Source: an uncultured Clostridia bacterium (lineage in GTDB: Bacteria; Bacillota; Clostridia; Christensenellales; UBA1242). Taken from it: a DNA stretch of 64,000 bases. This document shows positions 1-9,194 of the stretch, in pieces (the stretch's first letter is position 1; the number at the start of each line of letters is the position of its first letter). The notes beneath the pieces are model-generated. The model did no database searches, was not told the DNA's origin, and was given only the letters and a program-made list of their open reading frames with translations. The stretch spans positions 3,790 through 67,789 of the forward strand of contig CALWGY010000001.1 of assembly GCA_944380265.1 (NCBI GenBank), read 5' to 3'. The position numbers and the translations under genes were made by a program.

Positions 1-2
1 CA

Positions 3-356
3 AACACACCACTTTTAGAACAAGCGGCAGAACAAATTAAGGAATATTTTTCAGGGAAAAGAAAAGTGTTTGATTTGCCAATTAATCTTAAAGGAACACC
101 TTTTCAAATTAAGGTTTGGGAAGCACTAAGAACCATTCCGTTTGGGCAAACTGCAACATATAAAGACATTGCAAAATTAATTGGCAACGAAAAGGGTTTT
201 AGAGCAGTTGGTCTTGCGTGTGGTAAAAATCCAATTTTGTTGGTTGTGCCATGCCACCGAATAATTTCCCAAGATGGAAAAATTGGTGGGTTTACCGGTG
301 GGATAAATGCAAAAATTAAACTATTAAATTTAGAGAATATAAACGTAAAAATTTAA
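3..356 (+). CDS. ogt: methylated-DNA--protein-cysteine methyltransferase, C-terminal part (5' end outside window)
   Basis: The frame is open from base 3. The translation EQIKEYFSGKRKVFDLPINLKGTPFQIKVWEALRTIPFGQTATYKDIA...VPCHRIIS carries the PCHR active-site motif of Ogt/Ada-C. Confidence 0.85.
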   Translation, partial: NTPLLEQAAEQIKEYFSGKRKVFDLPINLKGTPFQIKVWEALRTIPFGQTATYKDIAKLIGNEKGFRAVGLACGKNPILLVVPCHRIISQDGKIGGFTGGINAKIKLLNLENINVKI

Positions 357-388
357 CTAATCAAACGTAATTGTTTGGTTAGTTTTTT
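357..388 (+). terminator. rho-independent terminator after ogt
   Basis: Stem CTAATCAAAC (357-366) pairs with GTTTGGTTAG (373-382) with one G-U pair, followed by TTTTTT. Confidence 0.6.
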
Positions 389-467
389 AAGTCATGATAA
401 AATAATATTTAGAATAAAAGGTTCTTATTCAAAAATATAATATTAAAAAACATAAAGGGGGAAATTA

Positions 468-1745
468 ATGAAACTAACAAAAGAAGAACAGGCAATTTTA
501 AATGGCTCTGAAGGCGAAACCAAAGCAAAAATTTTAAAAACCCTAGTGGAATTTGGCGATGTTTTTGGTGCTGAAAAATTGGTTCCTGTTACTCATGAAG
601 GTCACTTAGTAACATCTTTTGGAATTGGGCTTATTAAACCACTATTTAGAATTATGGATGAAATTATTGATGCAGGCATTAAAGCAAAACTTCCATTCAC
701 GGTTGACCCACGACCAATTGATTATGAAAATGTTAAATGCAATTTATTAGATAAATTAATTTTTAGCAAAATTATGTATAGCCAACAAGCAAGATATGAA
801 GAACAACTTAAAAAAATTGGTTTAAAAAATTCCGATGGCTTCACATGCACATGCTATATGGATGAGGTTGGAAACATTCCACAATATGGCGATGTTCTGT
901 CTTGGGCAGAAAGTTCTGCGGTTGTTTATGCAAACTCTGTTTTGGGCGCAAGGTGCAATCGTAATTCTGGCATGTTAGACATTTTTGGCGCAATAATTGG
1001 CAAGGTTCCATATTTTGGGCTTCTTACCGATGAAGGCAGAAAAGCGGATTGGATTATTGAAGTTAAAACCACAACAAAGCCAGAAGCACAAATTTTGGGC
1101 AGTGCAATTGGCTTAAAAGTTATGGAAGATGTTCCATATGTTAAGGGGCTTGATAAATTTTTAGGAACAGAACTTAATGATGATGCAAAAAGTTATTTAA
1201 AAGATTTTGGTGCTGCAACAGCATCAAATGGTGCAGTTGGGCTTTATCACATTGAAAACCTAACACCAGAAGCAAAAAAGTTAGGAAGCAAACTTATTAA
1301 ACCAAATGCAAAAACCTATGTTATTGACGATGCTGAACTTGAACGAGTTTACAAAAGTTATCCTGTGCTTTGGAAAAACAAAGATGCAAAACCAAAACTT
1401 TGCTTTATTGGTTGTCCACATTTAAGTTACAATCAACTTGTTTTGTGGGCAGAAAACATTATTAATGGTTTAAAGGAAACTGGAAAAAGAAAAGTTCAAG
1501 TTAGAACAGTTTTAACAACCAGCCCACAAGTTAGAAAAAAATTTGAGCAAACCGAACTTTATAAAAAACTAACAAAAACAGGTGCAAAAGTTTCAAGCAT
1601 TTGCCCACTTATGTACACTAACAATCCAATTGCAGGCAAAAAACCAATTATAACTTCATCAAATAAGTTAAGAACATATTCAAGTTCAAAATATTTAAAA
1701 GATGCCGACATTTTAAATGTTATTGTTGGAAAGGAGGGCAAGTAA
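468..1745 (+). CDS. aconitase X large (catalytic) subunit, DUF521 family
   Basis: 425 aa. The N-terminus MKLTKEEQAILNGSEGETKAKILKTLVEFGDVFGAEKLVPVTHEGH matches my memory of DUF521/AcnX. RBS GGGGGA lies upstream, and the gene overlaps the next gene by 1 nt. Confidence 0.7.
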   Translation: MKLTKEEQAILNGSEGETKAKILKTLVEFGDVFGAEKLVPVTHEGHLVTSFGIGLIKPLFRIMDEIIDAGIKAKLPFTVDPRPIDYENVKCNLLDKLIFSKIMYSQQARYEEQLKKIGLKNSDGFTCTCYMDEVGNIPQYGDVLSWAESSAVVYANSVLGARCNRNSGMLDIFGAIIGKVPYFGLLTDEGRKADWIIEVKTTTKPEAQILGSAIGLKVMEDVPYVKGLDKFLGTELNDDAKSYLKDFGAATASNGAVGLYHIENLTPEAKKLGSKLIKPNAKTYVIDDAELERVYKSYPVLWKNKDAKPKLCFIGCPHLSYNQLVLWAENIINGLKETGKRKVQVRTVLTTSPQVRKKFEQTELYKKLTKTGAKVSSICPLMYTNNPIAGKKPIITSSNKLRTYSSSKYLKDADILNVIVGKEGK

Positions 1746-2191
1746 TGGAAAAAGTTTTTAAAGGCAGAGTTGTTGGTGGCGGAACTTTGGTTGGCGAAGC
1801 AGTTGTTTCACATCAAGGTGTTAACACTTTGGCAACTTTTCAAAAAAGTGCACTTAAAAATGCAAAACAAGTTTTCAGTTCCGACCAAAACAATCCAGAC
1901 ATTTACAAATTAAATTTAACAGGTAAAATTTTGTGTTTGCCAAAAACCATTGGCTCAACAACAGGTGGGCTTGTTATTCAAACCATTTGTTCAATGGGCA
2001 TAAATCCATCAGCAATGTTGTTTTCAGAAGAAATTGATTCGCTTGCTTGCTCTGGCATAATTCTTGCAAGAAACTGGGAAAACAGCAATATTATTGCAAT
2101 TGATAAACTTGGACAAGAGTTTTTAGATTACGTTAAAACAGGCGACAAAATTGAAATTAAGGAAGATGGAACTATTAAAGTAATAAGATAA
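1745..2191 (+). CDS. aconitase X small (swivel) subunit, DUF126 family
   Basis: 148 aa, with GKILCLPKTIGSTTGGLVIQTICSMGINPSAMLF typical of DUF126. Translationally coupled to the DUF521 gene through a TAATG overlap. Confidence 0.7.
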   Translation: MEKVFKGRVVGGGTLVGEAVVSHQGVNTLATFQKSALKNAKQVFSSDQNNPDIYKLNLTGKILCLPKTIGSTTGGLVIQTICSMGINPSAMLFSEEIDSLACSGIILARNWENSNIIAIDKLGQEFLDYVKTGDKIEIKEDGTIKVIR

Positions 2192-2242
2192 AATTACATA
2201 TTAACAGATAATAAAAAAATTAAATAAAAGAAAAATAAAAAG

Positions 2243-2265
2243 CCACTAATTTTTAGTGGTTTTTT
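2243..2265 (+). terminator. rho-independent terminator
   Basis: CCACTAA (2243-2249) pairs with TTAGTGG (2253-2259), followed by a T-run. Confidence 0.65.
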
Positions 2266-2417
2266 GTTAATTAAATTTGTTTTATATATTTATTATATAA
2301 AGTTAGGACTGCTTTTGTGTTTAATAATTGTTTGGTTTGTGTGTTTGCGTATTGTGGGTATTGAAAAGTTGTTTTTAGTGTGCTATAATGTAAATGTGAA
2401 TTTTCACAGGAGGAAAC

Positions 2418-3035
2418 ATGGCGCTCAAATCGAACGTGAAAGGTTTAAAACGAGAAAATTATTCTTATAGTCAAATTGAAACATTAACAAACGAAGAACA
2501 AATGGAAATTGCTGGAAACATTATAAATTGTGCAAGCAAAAAGGAAATGCCATTTTATCAAACAGAACTTTCAAAAGTGGGTTTGTTTTATTTAAAAGAA
2601 AGATTTTTTGTTTGTGATGCAGATTATGCTAAACAAGCAGTTAACATAAATGAACTTTTAAATTATTCAAATATGCTTGGTAAATATATTGAAAAATTAA
2701 CACCAAGCACATATGATGAAAACAACGCAGTAAAAAGTGAAAGTAATGCAAATAAAATTCGTTTGGCACACAGATTAAAAATAATTGGCGACACATATTT
2801 AAAAAGTGTTTATGCAAAGCAACTAGACACACTAGCATTTGATGAATTTGTTTCTGAATTTGTTAGTTTTATGCATTCAAATGTTTCAACGCAATCAAAA
2901 AAAGTTCCAATTTTTAATAAGGTTTTAACAAAAGTTTGTGATGTTTCAGAAATTGACATGGAAAAACAAGAAGAATGCAAAACATTTATTTCCAAGTTTT
3001 ATAACTTACTTAAAAAACAAGAACAAGAACTATAA
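2418..3035 (+). CDS. hypothetical protein
   Basis: 205-aa ORF preceded by a strong RBS (AGGAGGAAACATG). I recognise no family. Confidence 0.6.
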   Translation: MALKSNVKGLKRENYSYSQIETLTNEEQMEIAGNIINCASKKEMPFYQTELSKVGLFYLKERFFVCDADYAKQAVNINELLNYSNMLGKYIEKLTPSTYDENNAVKSESNANKIRLAHRLKIIGDTYLKSVYAKQLDTLAFDEFVSEFVSFMHSNVSTQSKKVPIFNKVLTKVCDVSEIDMEKQEECKTFISKFYNLLKKQEQEL

Positions 3036-3036
3036 T

Positions 3037-3070
3037 AAAAACCGTTTTTAAAACGGTTTTTTATTTTTTT
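3037..3070 (+). terminator. rho-independent terminator
   Basis: AAAAACCGTTT pairs with AAACGGTTTTT, followed by a T-rich tail. Confidence 0.7.
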
Positions 3071-3134
3071 TCAATTTTGCAATTAATAAAATTTTTTCTT
3101 TTAATTAACAAAATTATGTGTTAATATATTTCGT

Positions 3135-3965
3135 ATGGATAAATTGTTAGAAATTGAAAGAAGTATAATAAAAAAATATAGAAACAACATTTGGAAAAAG
3201 TTTATTAGAGCGGTTGTTGACTACAAGCTTATTGAACCAAACGACAACATTGCAGTTTGTATTTCTGGCGGAAAAGATAGCATGTTGCTTGCAAAATGCA
3301 TGCAAGAACTAAAAAAACACGGTAAGTTTGATTTTGGTTTAAAGTTTATTGTTATGGACCCGGGCTACGCAAAACCAAACAGAGAACTTATTGAAAGCAA
3401 CCTAAAACTTTTAAATATAGATGCTGAAATTTTTGAAACCAACATTTTTAATGCTGTAACTGAAATAACTGATTCGCCTTGCTATTTGTGTGCAAGAATG
3501 CGTAGGGGATATTTATACAAAAAAGCACAATCGCTAGGTTGCAACAAAATTGCATTAGGACACCATTTTGATGATGTTATTGAAACGGTTTTGCTAAGCA
3601 TGTTTTATGGTGCAGAATTTAAAACTATGATGCCAAAACTTCATTCCACAAACCACAAAGGTATGGAACTTATTAGACCACTATATTATGTTAAGGAAGC
3701 CGACATAAAACACTGGCAAACCTATAATGGCTTAAAATTTTTGCAATGTGCTTGCAAGTTCACTGAAGGGCTTGCAACTGGAAAAATTTCGGGTAAGCGA
3801 ACCGAAATTAAAAACTTAATTTCCAGTTTGCGTGAAATTAATGAAAATGTTGACATTAACATTTTTAGAAGTTTGTGCTCGGTTAATCTTTCAACAATAT
3901 TAGGCTACAAAAAAGATAACAAAACAATCAGTTTTTTAGATTATTACGATAAAATTTCCGATTAA
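3135..3965 (+). CDS. ttcA: PP-loop ATPase, TtcA-like tRNA thiolation enzyme
   Basis: SGGKDS PP-loop (CISGGKDSMLLAKCM), CYLCARMRRGYLY and HHFDDVIETVLLSMFYG motifs. Confidence 0.7.
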   Translation: MDKLLEIERSIIKKYRNNIWKKFIRAVVDYKLIEPNDNIAVCISGGKDSMLLAKCMQELKKHGKFDFGLKFIVMDPGYAKPNRELIESNLKLLNIDAEIFETNIFNAVTEITDSPCYLCARMRRGYLYKKAQSLGCNKIALGHHFDDVIETVLLSMFYGAEFKTMMPKLHSTNHKGMELIRPLYYVKEADIKHWQTYNGLKFLQCACKFTEGLATGKISGKRTEIKNLISSLREINENVDINIFRSLCSVNLSTILGYKKDNKTISFLDYYDKISD

Positions 3966-4026
3966 TTTTAAGTTTTAAAATTTGCAAATTTTAGTTTTCA
4001 AAATTTTTAACAAATTAAATTAAGTA

Positions 4027-4049
4027 AAAAGCAGTTTAACTGCTTTTTT
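4027..4049 (+). terminator. rho-independent terminator
   Basis: AAAAGCAGT pairs with ACTGCTTTT, followed by a T-run. Confidence 0.7.
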
Positions 4050-4126
4050 ATTTTTTAAACAAAAATAATGTTTTTTTCATATTAAGTATTATGAACTTTA
4101 TAAATTATTTTAAGAGGTGAAAATTT

Positions 4127-5416
4127 TTGGAAATTTATGTTGTAAAACAAGGTGACACAATATATAAAATTGCGCAAATGTTTAATGTTAGTGCAGAAAA
4201 AATTATTGCAGATAACGAACTAACAAATCCAAACAATTTGGTTGTTGGTCAAACAATTGTAATTTTAACAAATGGGGCAAATGGAACAACGCACACAGTT
4301 GTTAGTGGCGACACACTTTTTAGCATTGCAAAACAATATGGCGTTAGTTTAAGCAGTTTAATGCAGGCAAACCCACAAATAACAAATCCGTTAAATTTGC
4401 AAATTGGAAGCATTGTTACTGTTCCAAACGTAAACCAAAACAAACGCGAAATTGAAGTTAATGGCTATTGTTTTCCAAACATATCAGATAGTGTGCTTAA
4501 CAAAACTTTGCCAAGTTTAACATATCTTAGCATATTCAGTTACGAAGTTTTGCCAGATGGAAATTTGGTTAACATTTCAAACGACACAAGATTAATTGAA
4601 AAGGCAAGATCACACAATGTTGCACCAATGCTAGTTATAACAAACATTGAACAAAACGCATCTTTTTCAAGTGAACTTGCTCATGAAATTTTAAACAATC
4701 CAGTGGCACAAGCAAATTTAATTAACAATGTTATTAGCAAAATGCAGGAGAAAAATTATTACGGTGTTGATGTTGATTTTGAGTATTTGTTCCCAGAAGA
4801 TAGGGAAGCATACAATCAATTTTTACTAGAATTAAAAACAGCGATAACTCCATTAGGTTACATATTAACAACTGCTGTTGCCCCAAAAACATCTAAAAAC
4901 CAAGAAGGGCTTTTGTATGAGGCACACGACTATGCTTTTCATGGAAAAGTTTCCGACCATGTTATAATTATGACCTACGAATGGGGTTACACATATGGCC
5001 CACCAATGGCTGTTGCACCAGCAGATCAGGTTAAACGAGTGCTTGATTATGCGGTAACCGAAATTCCAAGTAGAAAAATTTTAATGGGAATGCCAAACTA
5101 TGGCTACGATTGGAACATTCCATATGTTGAAGGAACAGCAGCAAGTTCAATTTCAAATGTTGGGGCAGTTGATTTGGCACGAGAAGTTGGCTCGTTTATA
5201 AACTTTGATAATGTTCAAAAAGCACCATATTTCAACTACTGGCAAGGTTCGCAGGAACATGTTGTTTGGTTTGATGATGCACACAGCACATATGAAAGAT
5301 TAAAATTTGTGGAAGAGTATGATTTGGGTGGTGTTAGTTACTGGACAATAAACCAATTCTTCCCACAAAACTGGCTTGTGTTAAATGCAATGTATAATAT
5401 TAAAAAAGTAATTTAA
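4127..5416 (+). CDS. LysM-LysM-GH18 spore peptidoglycan hydrolase (YaaH/SleL-like)
   Basis: TTG start after RBS GAGGTGA. Two LysM repeats (YVVKQGDTIYKIAQMFNVS and HTVVSGDTLFSIAKQYGVS) are followed by the GH18 catalytic motif GVDVDFEYL. Confidence 0.75.
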   Translation: MEIYVVKQGDTIYKIAQMFNVSAEKIIADNELTNPNNLVVGQTIVILTNGANGTTHTVVSGDTLFSIAKQYGVSLSSLMQANPQITNPLNLQIGSIVTVPNVNQNKREIEVNGYCFPNISDSVLNKTLPSLTYLSIFSYEVLPDGNLVNISNDTRLIEKARSHNVAPMLVITNIEQNASFSSELAHEILNNPVAQANLINNVISKMQEKNYYGVDVDFEYLFPEDREAYNQFLLELKTAITPLGYILTTAVAPKTSKNQEGLLYEAHDYAFHGKVSDHVIIMTYEWGYTYGPPMAVAPADQVKRVLDYAVTEIPSRKILMGMPNYGYDWNIPYVEGTAASSISNVGAVDLAREVGSFINFDNVQKAPYFNYWQGSQEHVVWFDDAHSTYERLKFVEEYDLGGVSYWTINQFFPQNWLVLNAMYNIKKVI

Positions 5417-5421
5417 AAAAA

Positions 5422-5446
5422 ATAAAAGTGCAATTTGCACTTTTAT
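5422..5446. terminator. bidirectional terminator between convergent genes
   Basis: Palindrome ATAAAAGTGCAA / TTGCACTTTTAT flanked by A-runs on one side and T-runs on the other. Confidence 0.6.
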
Positions 5447-5829
5447 TTTTTCTTGGTTATCAAATGATTAATTCCTGCAATATCGTTAACTGGCATGCTA
5501 AAACACAAACCTTTGCCTTCTTCGTTTAAGTTTGCATTTTCGCAAATTGCTTTCATAATTTCTTTGCGTTTGTTTCTGTAAACCAAAATAAGCAACACTT
5601 CTTTTTCAGGTTGCAACTTAACACCCAAAATCGAATCGGTTTCGTGCACGCCTGTTCCTCTGCCATAAATAATTGTGCCACCAGATGCACCTGCTTGTCT
5701 TGCAGCGTCAACAACAAAATCGGAAAAACCTTTGTTAACAACAACAACAATTAAATCAAATTCTTTGTTTTTGCGTTTTTCAATTTCTTTATTAACTTGT
5801 TTAACTTTGTCATAATTAATTTTTGCCAT
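5443..5829 (-). CDS. P-II-like signal transduction protein (second of pair)
   Basis: I prefer the start at MAKINYDK, which follows RBS GAGGTG. The core LIVVVVNKGFSDFVVDAARQAGASGGTIIYGRGTG...EKEVLLILV resembles the P-II ferredoxin-like fold with a T-loop-like GRGTG. Confidence 0.6.
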   Translation of the reverse strand: MAKINYDKVKQVNKEIEKRKNKEFDLIVVVVNKGFSDFVVDAARQAGASGGTIIYGRGTGVHETDSILGVKLQPEKEVLLILVYRNKRKEIMKAICENANLNEEGKGLCFSMPVNDIAGINHLITKKK

Positions 5830-5830
5830 A

Positions 5831-6178
5831 TCACACCTCAATTTTTAAAGTTTTAATTAAGTCCATTGTTGCGCCACTTGGCTGAATTGTAAAAACTAGT
5901 CCTGTGTGTTCCATGTCAAGTTTTAAATCGGTGTAAACCATTTCAACCAAAGCCCTGCTTCTTTCTTCTTCAACAAAGCAAGCAACAACATCACGTTCAA
6001 CCACGCCAAAACCAAAAATGTCGGCAACTTCACTTTCGGCAGTTCCTCTTCCTTGCATTTGTAAGGTTAGGGGAATGTTGTTGTTTTTAAGCAATTCAAC
6101 AACTTTGTCGCCTTCGCCATAATTAACAATAATAATCATAATTTCAAAAGGAGGTTTAATTTTTTTCTTTCTCATCAT
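5831..6178 (-). CDS. P-II-like signal transduction protein (first of pair)
   Basis: 115 aa with IMIIIVNYGEGDKVVELLKNNNIPLTLQMQGRGTA...RDVVACFV. Overlaps the upstream DUF1538 gene through ATGA. Confidence 0.6.
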   Translation of the reverse strand: MMRKKKIKPPFEIMIIIVNYGEGDKVVELLKNNNIPLTLQMQGRGTAESEVADIFGFGVVERDVVACFVEEERSRALVEMVYTDLKLDMEHTGLVFTIQPSGATMDLIKTLKIEV

Positions 6179-7701
6179 TCTTCTCCCAAATCAAATTCAA
6201 CAATTTCAATTGGTTTTTTAATTTTTCGCTTAGTTTTTCCGGATTTTTTAATGGAAATATACTTATAAATTATTCCAATAATCAAAATTATTAAAATTGG
6301 TAAACTTGCAATAAATGCAACTGTTCCAAACACATCAGAAATAATGTTTGCATTGCAAGCTTTTGCAACTCCTAAAATTAAAGGGAAAATAAAACTTGAT
6401 GCCATTGTTCCCGAAGCAACCCCACCACTATCAAACGCAATTGCTGTAAATATTGAAGGACAAAAAATTGACAAAATAATGCATAAAATATAAATTGGTA
6501 AAATTAAATAAATGTAATCAATTTTATAAATTACTCTTAAAATTGCAAGAACCAAACTTAAACTAACACCAATACCAATTGCAATCATCATAACATTTTT
6601 GCTAATTATTCCATTTGTTATTTCTTCAACTCTTTTGTTTAAAACATGAACAGCAGGTTCTGCAAATGCAGAAAATAAACCAACAATTAATGATATTGGA
6701 ATTATTAACCAATTGTGATTCGATGACATAATGTTAAAACCAAGAACGCTTGCAATAGGATAAAAACCTGTTAAAACTCCTGTTAAAAATAAAACAATAC
6801 CCAAATAGGAGTAAACCAAACCAACAATAATTTTTAAAATTTGAATTTTTGGAAATTTTAAGTATATTGCATTATACACAAAAAAGAAAACAATAATTGG
6901 CAAAATAACAACCAAAATTGCCAAAACATTTTCTAAAAATTCAACTCCAAATTCACTAAACATAAGGCTTGCCGAACCAGTTTGTGTTTCAGTTATAACA
7001 GTTTGCGAGTAACTTGCATCATTTCCAGCAAAAATACAAAGTAAAAGAGTTGTAATAAGTGGGCCAACACTAGTTAAGGAAATTAGTCCAAAACCATCAT
7101 TATCGTGTTCACCACCACTTCTAACTGCACTAATACCAACACCAAAAGCCAAAATAAATGGTACCGAAATCGGCCCTGTGGTAATAGCTCCAGAATCAAT
7201 TGAAATAGGCAAATATCCACTAGGAACAATAAACATTAATGCAAAAACAATCAAATATGAAATAATTAGAACAGTTTTAATTTTTATTTGGAAAATAATG
7301 CGTAAAACTGCAAGCATTAAAAAAATTCCAACCCCAAGCGCAACAATAAAAATAAACAACCATTTGTTGATTGAGGCAATTTGTTCTGCCAAAACTGATA
7401 AGTCTGGTTCGGCAATTGTAATAACAAGTCCAAGTAAAAAACTAAAAACAAGCAATGTTGCAAGTTTTCTAGATTTACTTAAATTGCTTCCAATGCTAGA
7501 GCCCATTGTGTGCATTGCACTTTCAGCACCAACAGTGAAAAGTGGCATACCAATAATAAGGAGTAGTGCGGAAATTAAAAATTTAATTATGTCATAAGAA
7601 GAAAGGGGTGAAATTGTTAACCCTAAAATTAACACAATTAAAACAATTGGAATTATTGAAATAACACTTTCTTTTAATTTACTTAAAATATTTTTAGCCA
7701 A
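6175..7701 (-). CDS. DUF1538 family polytopic membrane protein
   Basis: 508 aa and very hydrophobic. It has two internal halves, each carrying an AEP motif (ITIAEPDLSVLAEQI and FSAFAEPAVHVLNKRV). The family name is from memory. Confidence 0.6.
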   Translation of the reverse strand: MAKNILSKLKESVISIIPIVLIVLILGLTISPLSSYDIIKFLISALLLIIGMPLFTVGAESAMHTMGSSIGSNLSKSRKLATLLVFSFLLGLVITIAEPDLSVLAEQIASINKWLFIFIVALGVGIFLMLAVLRIIFQIKIKTVLIISYLIVFALMFIVPSGYLPISIDSGAITTGPISVPFILAFGVGISAVRSGGEHDNDGFGLISLTSVGPLITTLLLCIFAGNDASYSQTVITETQTGSASLMFSEFGVEFLENVLAILVVILPIIVFFFVYNAIYLKFPKIQILKIIVGLVYSYLGIVLFLTGVLTGFYPIASVLGFNIMSSNHNWLIIPISLIVGLFSAFAEPAVHVLNKRVEEITNGIISKNVMMIAIGIGVSLSLVLAILRVIYKIDYIYLILPIYILCIILSIFCPSIFTAIAFDSGGVASGTMASSFIFPLILGVAKACNANIISDVFGTVAFIASLPILIILIIGIIYKYISIKKSGKTKRKIKKPIEIVEFDLGEE

Positions 7702-7916
7702 TATTTTTCCCTAAAGTTATAAAATTACAAATATATTTTAAATAATATATTTTTTTAAGTCAAACAATAATTTGCTAAATAATGATGTGTAAACATGCAC
7801 ATATGTTAAAAATTGTTTGCACATGTGGGCATGTGTTAAAACAAATGTTATTATTAATTAACAATTTGATTGATTTACATTGTGCCAATTTGTTAAAATA
7901 ATCTTAGGTGAAAATT

Positions 7917-8498
7917 ATGGATTACAAAGAAGAATTTTTAAAAATTTATGAACAAAACATAAAACGCGATGGGGCAAGCGAACTTTTAAAATGGCTTTTA
8001 AGTACTGATTTTTTTACTGCTCCTGCAAGCACACGTTTTCATTCGGCTTATGCTGGTGGGCTTTGCGAACATTGCGTTCATGTTTACAATCGTTTTAAAC
8101 AATTAATTAAAAGTGAGTATGGCGAAAATTATTCCGAAGTTATTTCTGATGAAAGCATTGCAATAATTGGACTGTTGCACGATGTTTGCAAAGTTAATTG
8201 TTACAAAGTTGATTTTAGAAATGTTAAAGACGAAACTGGCACATGGGTTAAACAACCATATTACACTTTCGATGAAGATTTGCCTTATGGACATGGCGAA
8301 AAATCTGTTTACATAATTAACGGATTTTTAAGATTAACACGTGAAGAAGCAATGGCAATTAATTGGCACATGGGTGGTTTTGATGCAAGAGTTAAAGGTG
8401 GAGCATATGCAACCATGACTGCATTTTACAAATTTCCAACAGCTCTTTTGTTCCATGTGGCAGACACCATGGCAACTTACTTAGATGAACAAAGATAA
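7917..8498 (+). CDS. HD-domain phosphohydrolase
   Basis: I prefer the ATG at 7917, which follows RBS AGGTGA, over the track start at GTG 7908. Contains RFHSAYAGGLCEHCVHV and GLLHDVCK (an HD motif). Confidence 0.55.
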   Translation: MDYKEEFLKIYEQNIKRDGASELLKWLLSTDFFTAPASTRFHSAYAGGLCEHCVHVYNRFKQLIKSEYGENYSEVISDESIAIIGLLHDVCKVNCYKVDFRNVKDETGTWVKQPYYTFDEDLPYGHGEKSVYIINGFLRLTREEAMAINWHMGGFDARVKGGAYATMTAFYKFPTALLFHVADTMATYLDEQR

Positions 8499-8604
8499 GG
8501 TGCTATGCAAAGTGCTATGCAAAAACTTTAATTTTGCCTTTATTTGGTGGTTTTTGCTTTTTATGTTAAAACTAATATTAAAAAAAATAACCAAAAGTTT
8601 TTGG

Positions 8605-9081
8605 TTATTTTTTGTTTTTGCTAAGCATAGATTCAAAGTCCTTAATAAATTCCATAAAGTGTGTAACATCAGTAAATTTTCTGTAAACAGAAGCAAATCT
8701 AATGTATGCAACTTCATCAATTTCTTTTAATCTTTCCATAATCATTTCGCCAATTTCGGCAGAAGTTATTTCTTGTTTTAAAGTGTTTTGAATTTGTTTT
8801 TCTATGTCATTAACAATGGCATCAACTTTTGCAACCGACACTGGTCTTTTTTCACATGCTCTTAAAATGCCTTGCTTAATTTTTAATGGATTAAATTCTT
8901 GTCTGCTTTCATCATTTTTAACAACCATAATTGGCAACAGTTCAACAGTTTCATAAGTGTTAAATCTTTTTTGACAATCAGGATTCAAACACTCACGCCT
9001 TCTTCTAATCATGTTGTTTTCTTCAACATATCTTGAATCAATAACTTTGCTATCTTTGCAACCACAGTAAATACATTTCAT
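8605..9081 (-). CDS. nrdR: transcriptional repressor NrdR
   Basis: MKCIYCGCKDSKVIDSRYVEENNMIRRRRECLNPDCQKRFNTYE zinc ribbon followed by an ATP-cone. Confidence 0.9.
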   Translation of the reverse strand: MKCIYCGCKDSKVIDSRYVEENNMIRRRRECLNPDCQKRFNTYETVELLPIMVVKNDESRQEFNPLKIKQGILRACEKRPVSVAKVDAIVNDIEKQIQNTLKQEITSAEIGEMIMERLKEIDEVAYIRFASVYRKFTDVTHFMEFIKDFESMLSKNKK

Positions 9082-9194
9082 GTTAATTTTGTCCTTTTAA
9101 TTTTATAAAACAAGTTTAACATAAGTTAGTGTTTTTTTCAAATATTATAACAACATTTTGTGCTTGTTTGGTTAAACTGATCAAAATGTTGTAT

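Noticed and set aside
2264-2470. Short intergenic ORFs 2264..2470, 8481..8730 (both strands), 9668..9883, 16524..16754, 28215..28439 and 26345..26605.
   Set aside because: They overlap terminators or promoters, have Phe/Leu/Lys/Asn-rich low-complexity translations, and lack ribosome-binding sites.
7178-7597. 139-aa plus-strand ORF inside the DUF1538 gene. The same applies to antisense ORFs 33029..33460, 35328..35696, 37105..37476, 12136..12453, 13585..13980 and 24417..24764.
   Set aside because: Each lies antisense to a gene with clear family motifs and lacks an RBS, so they are chance antisense ORFs.
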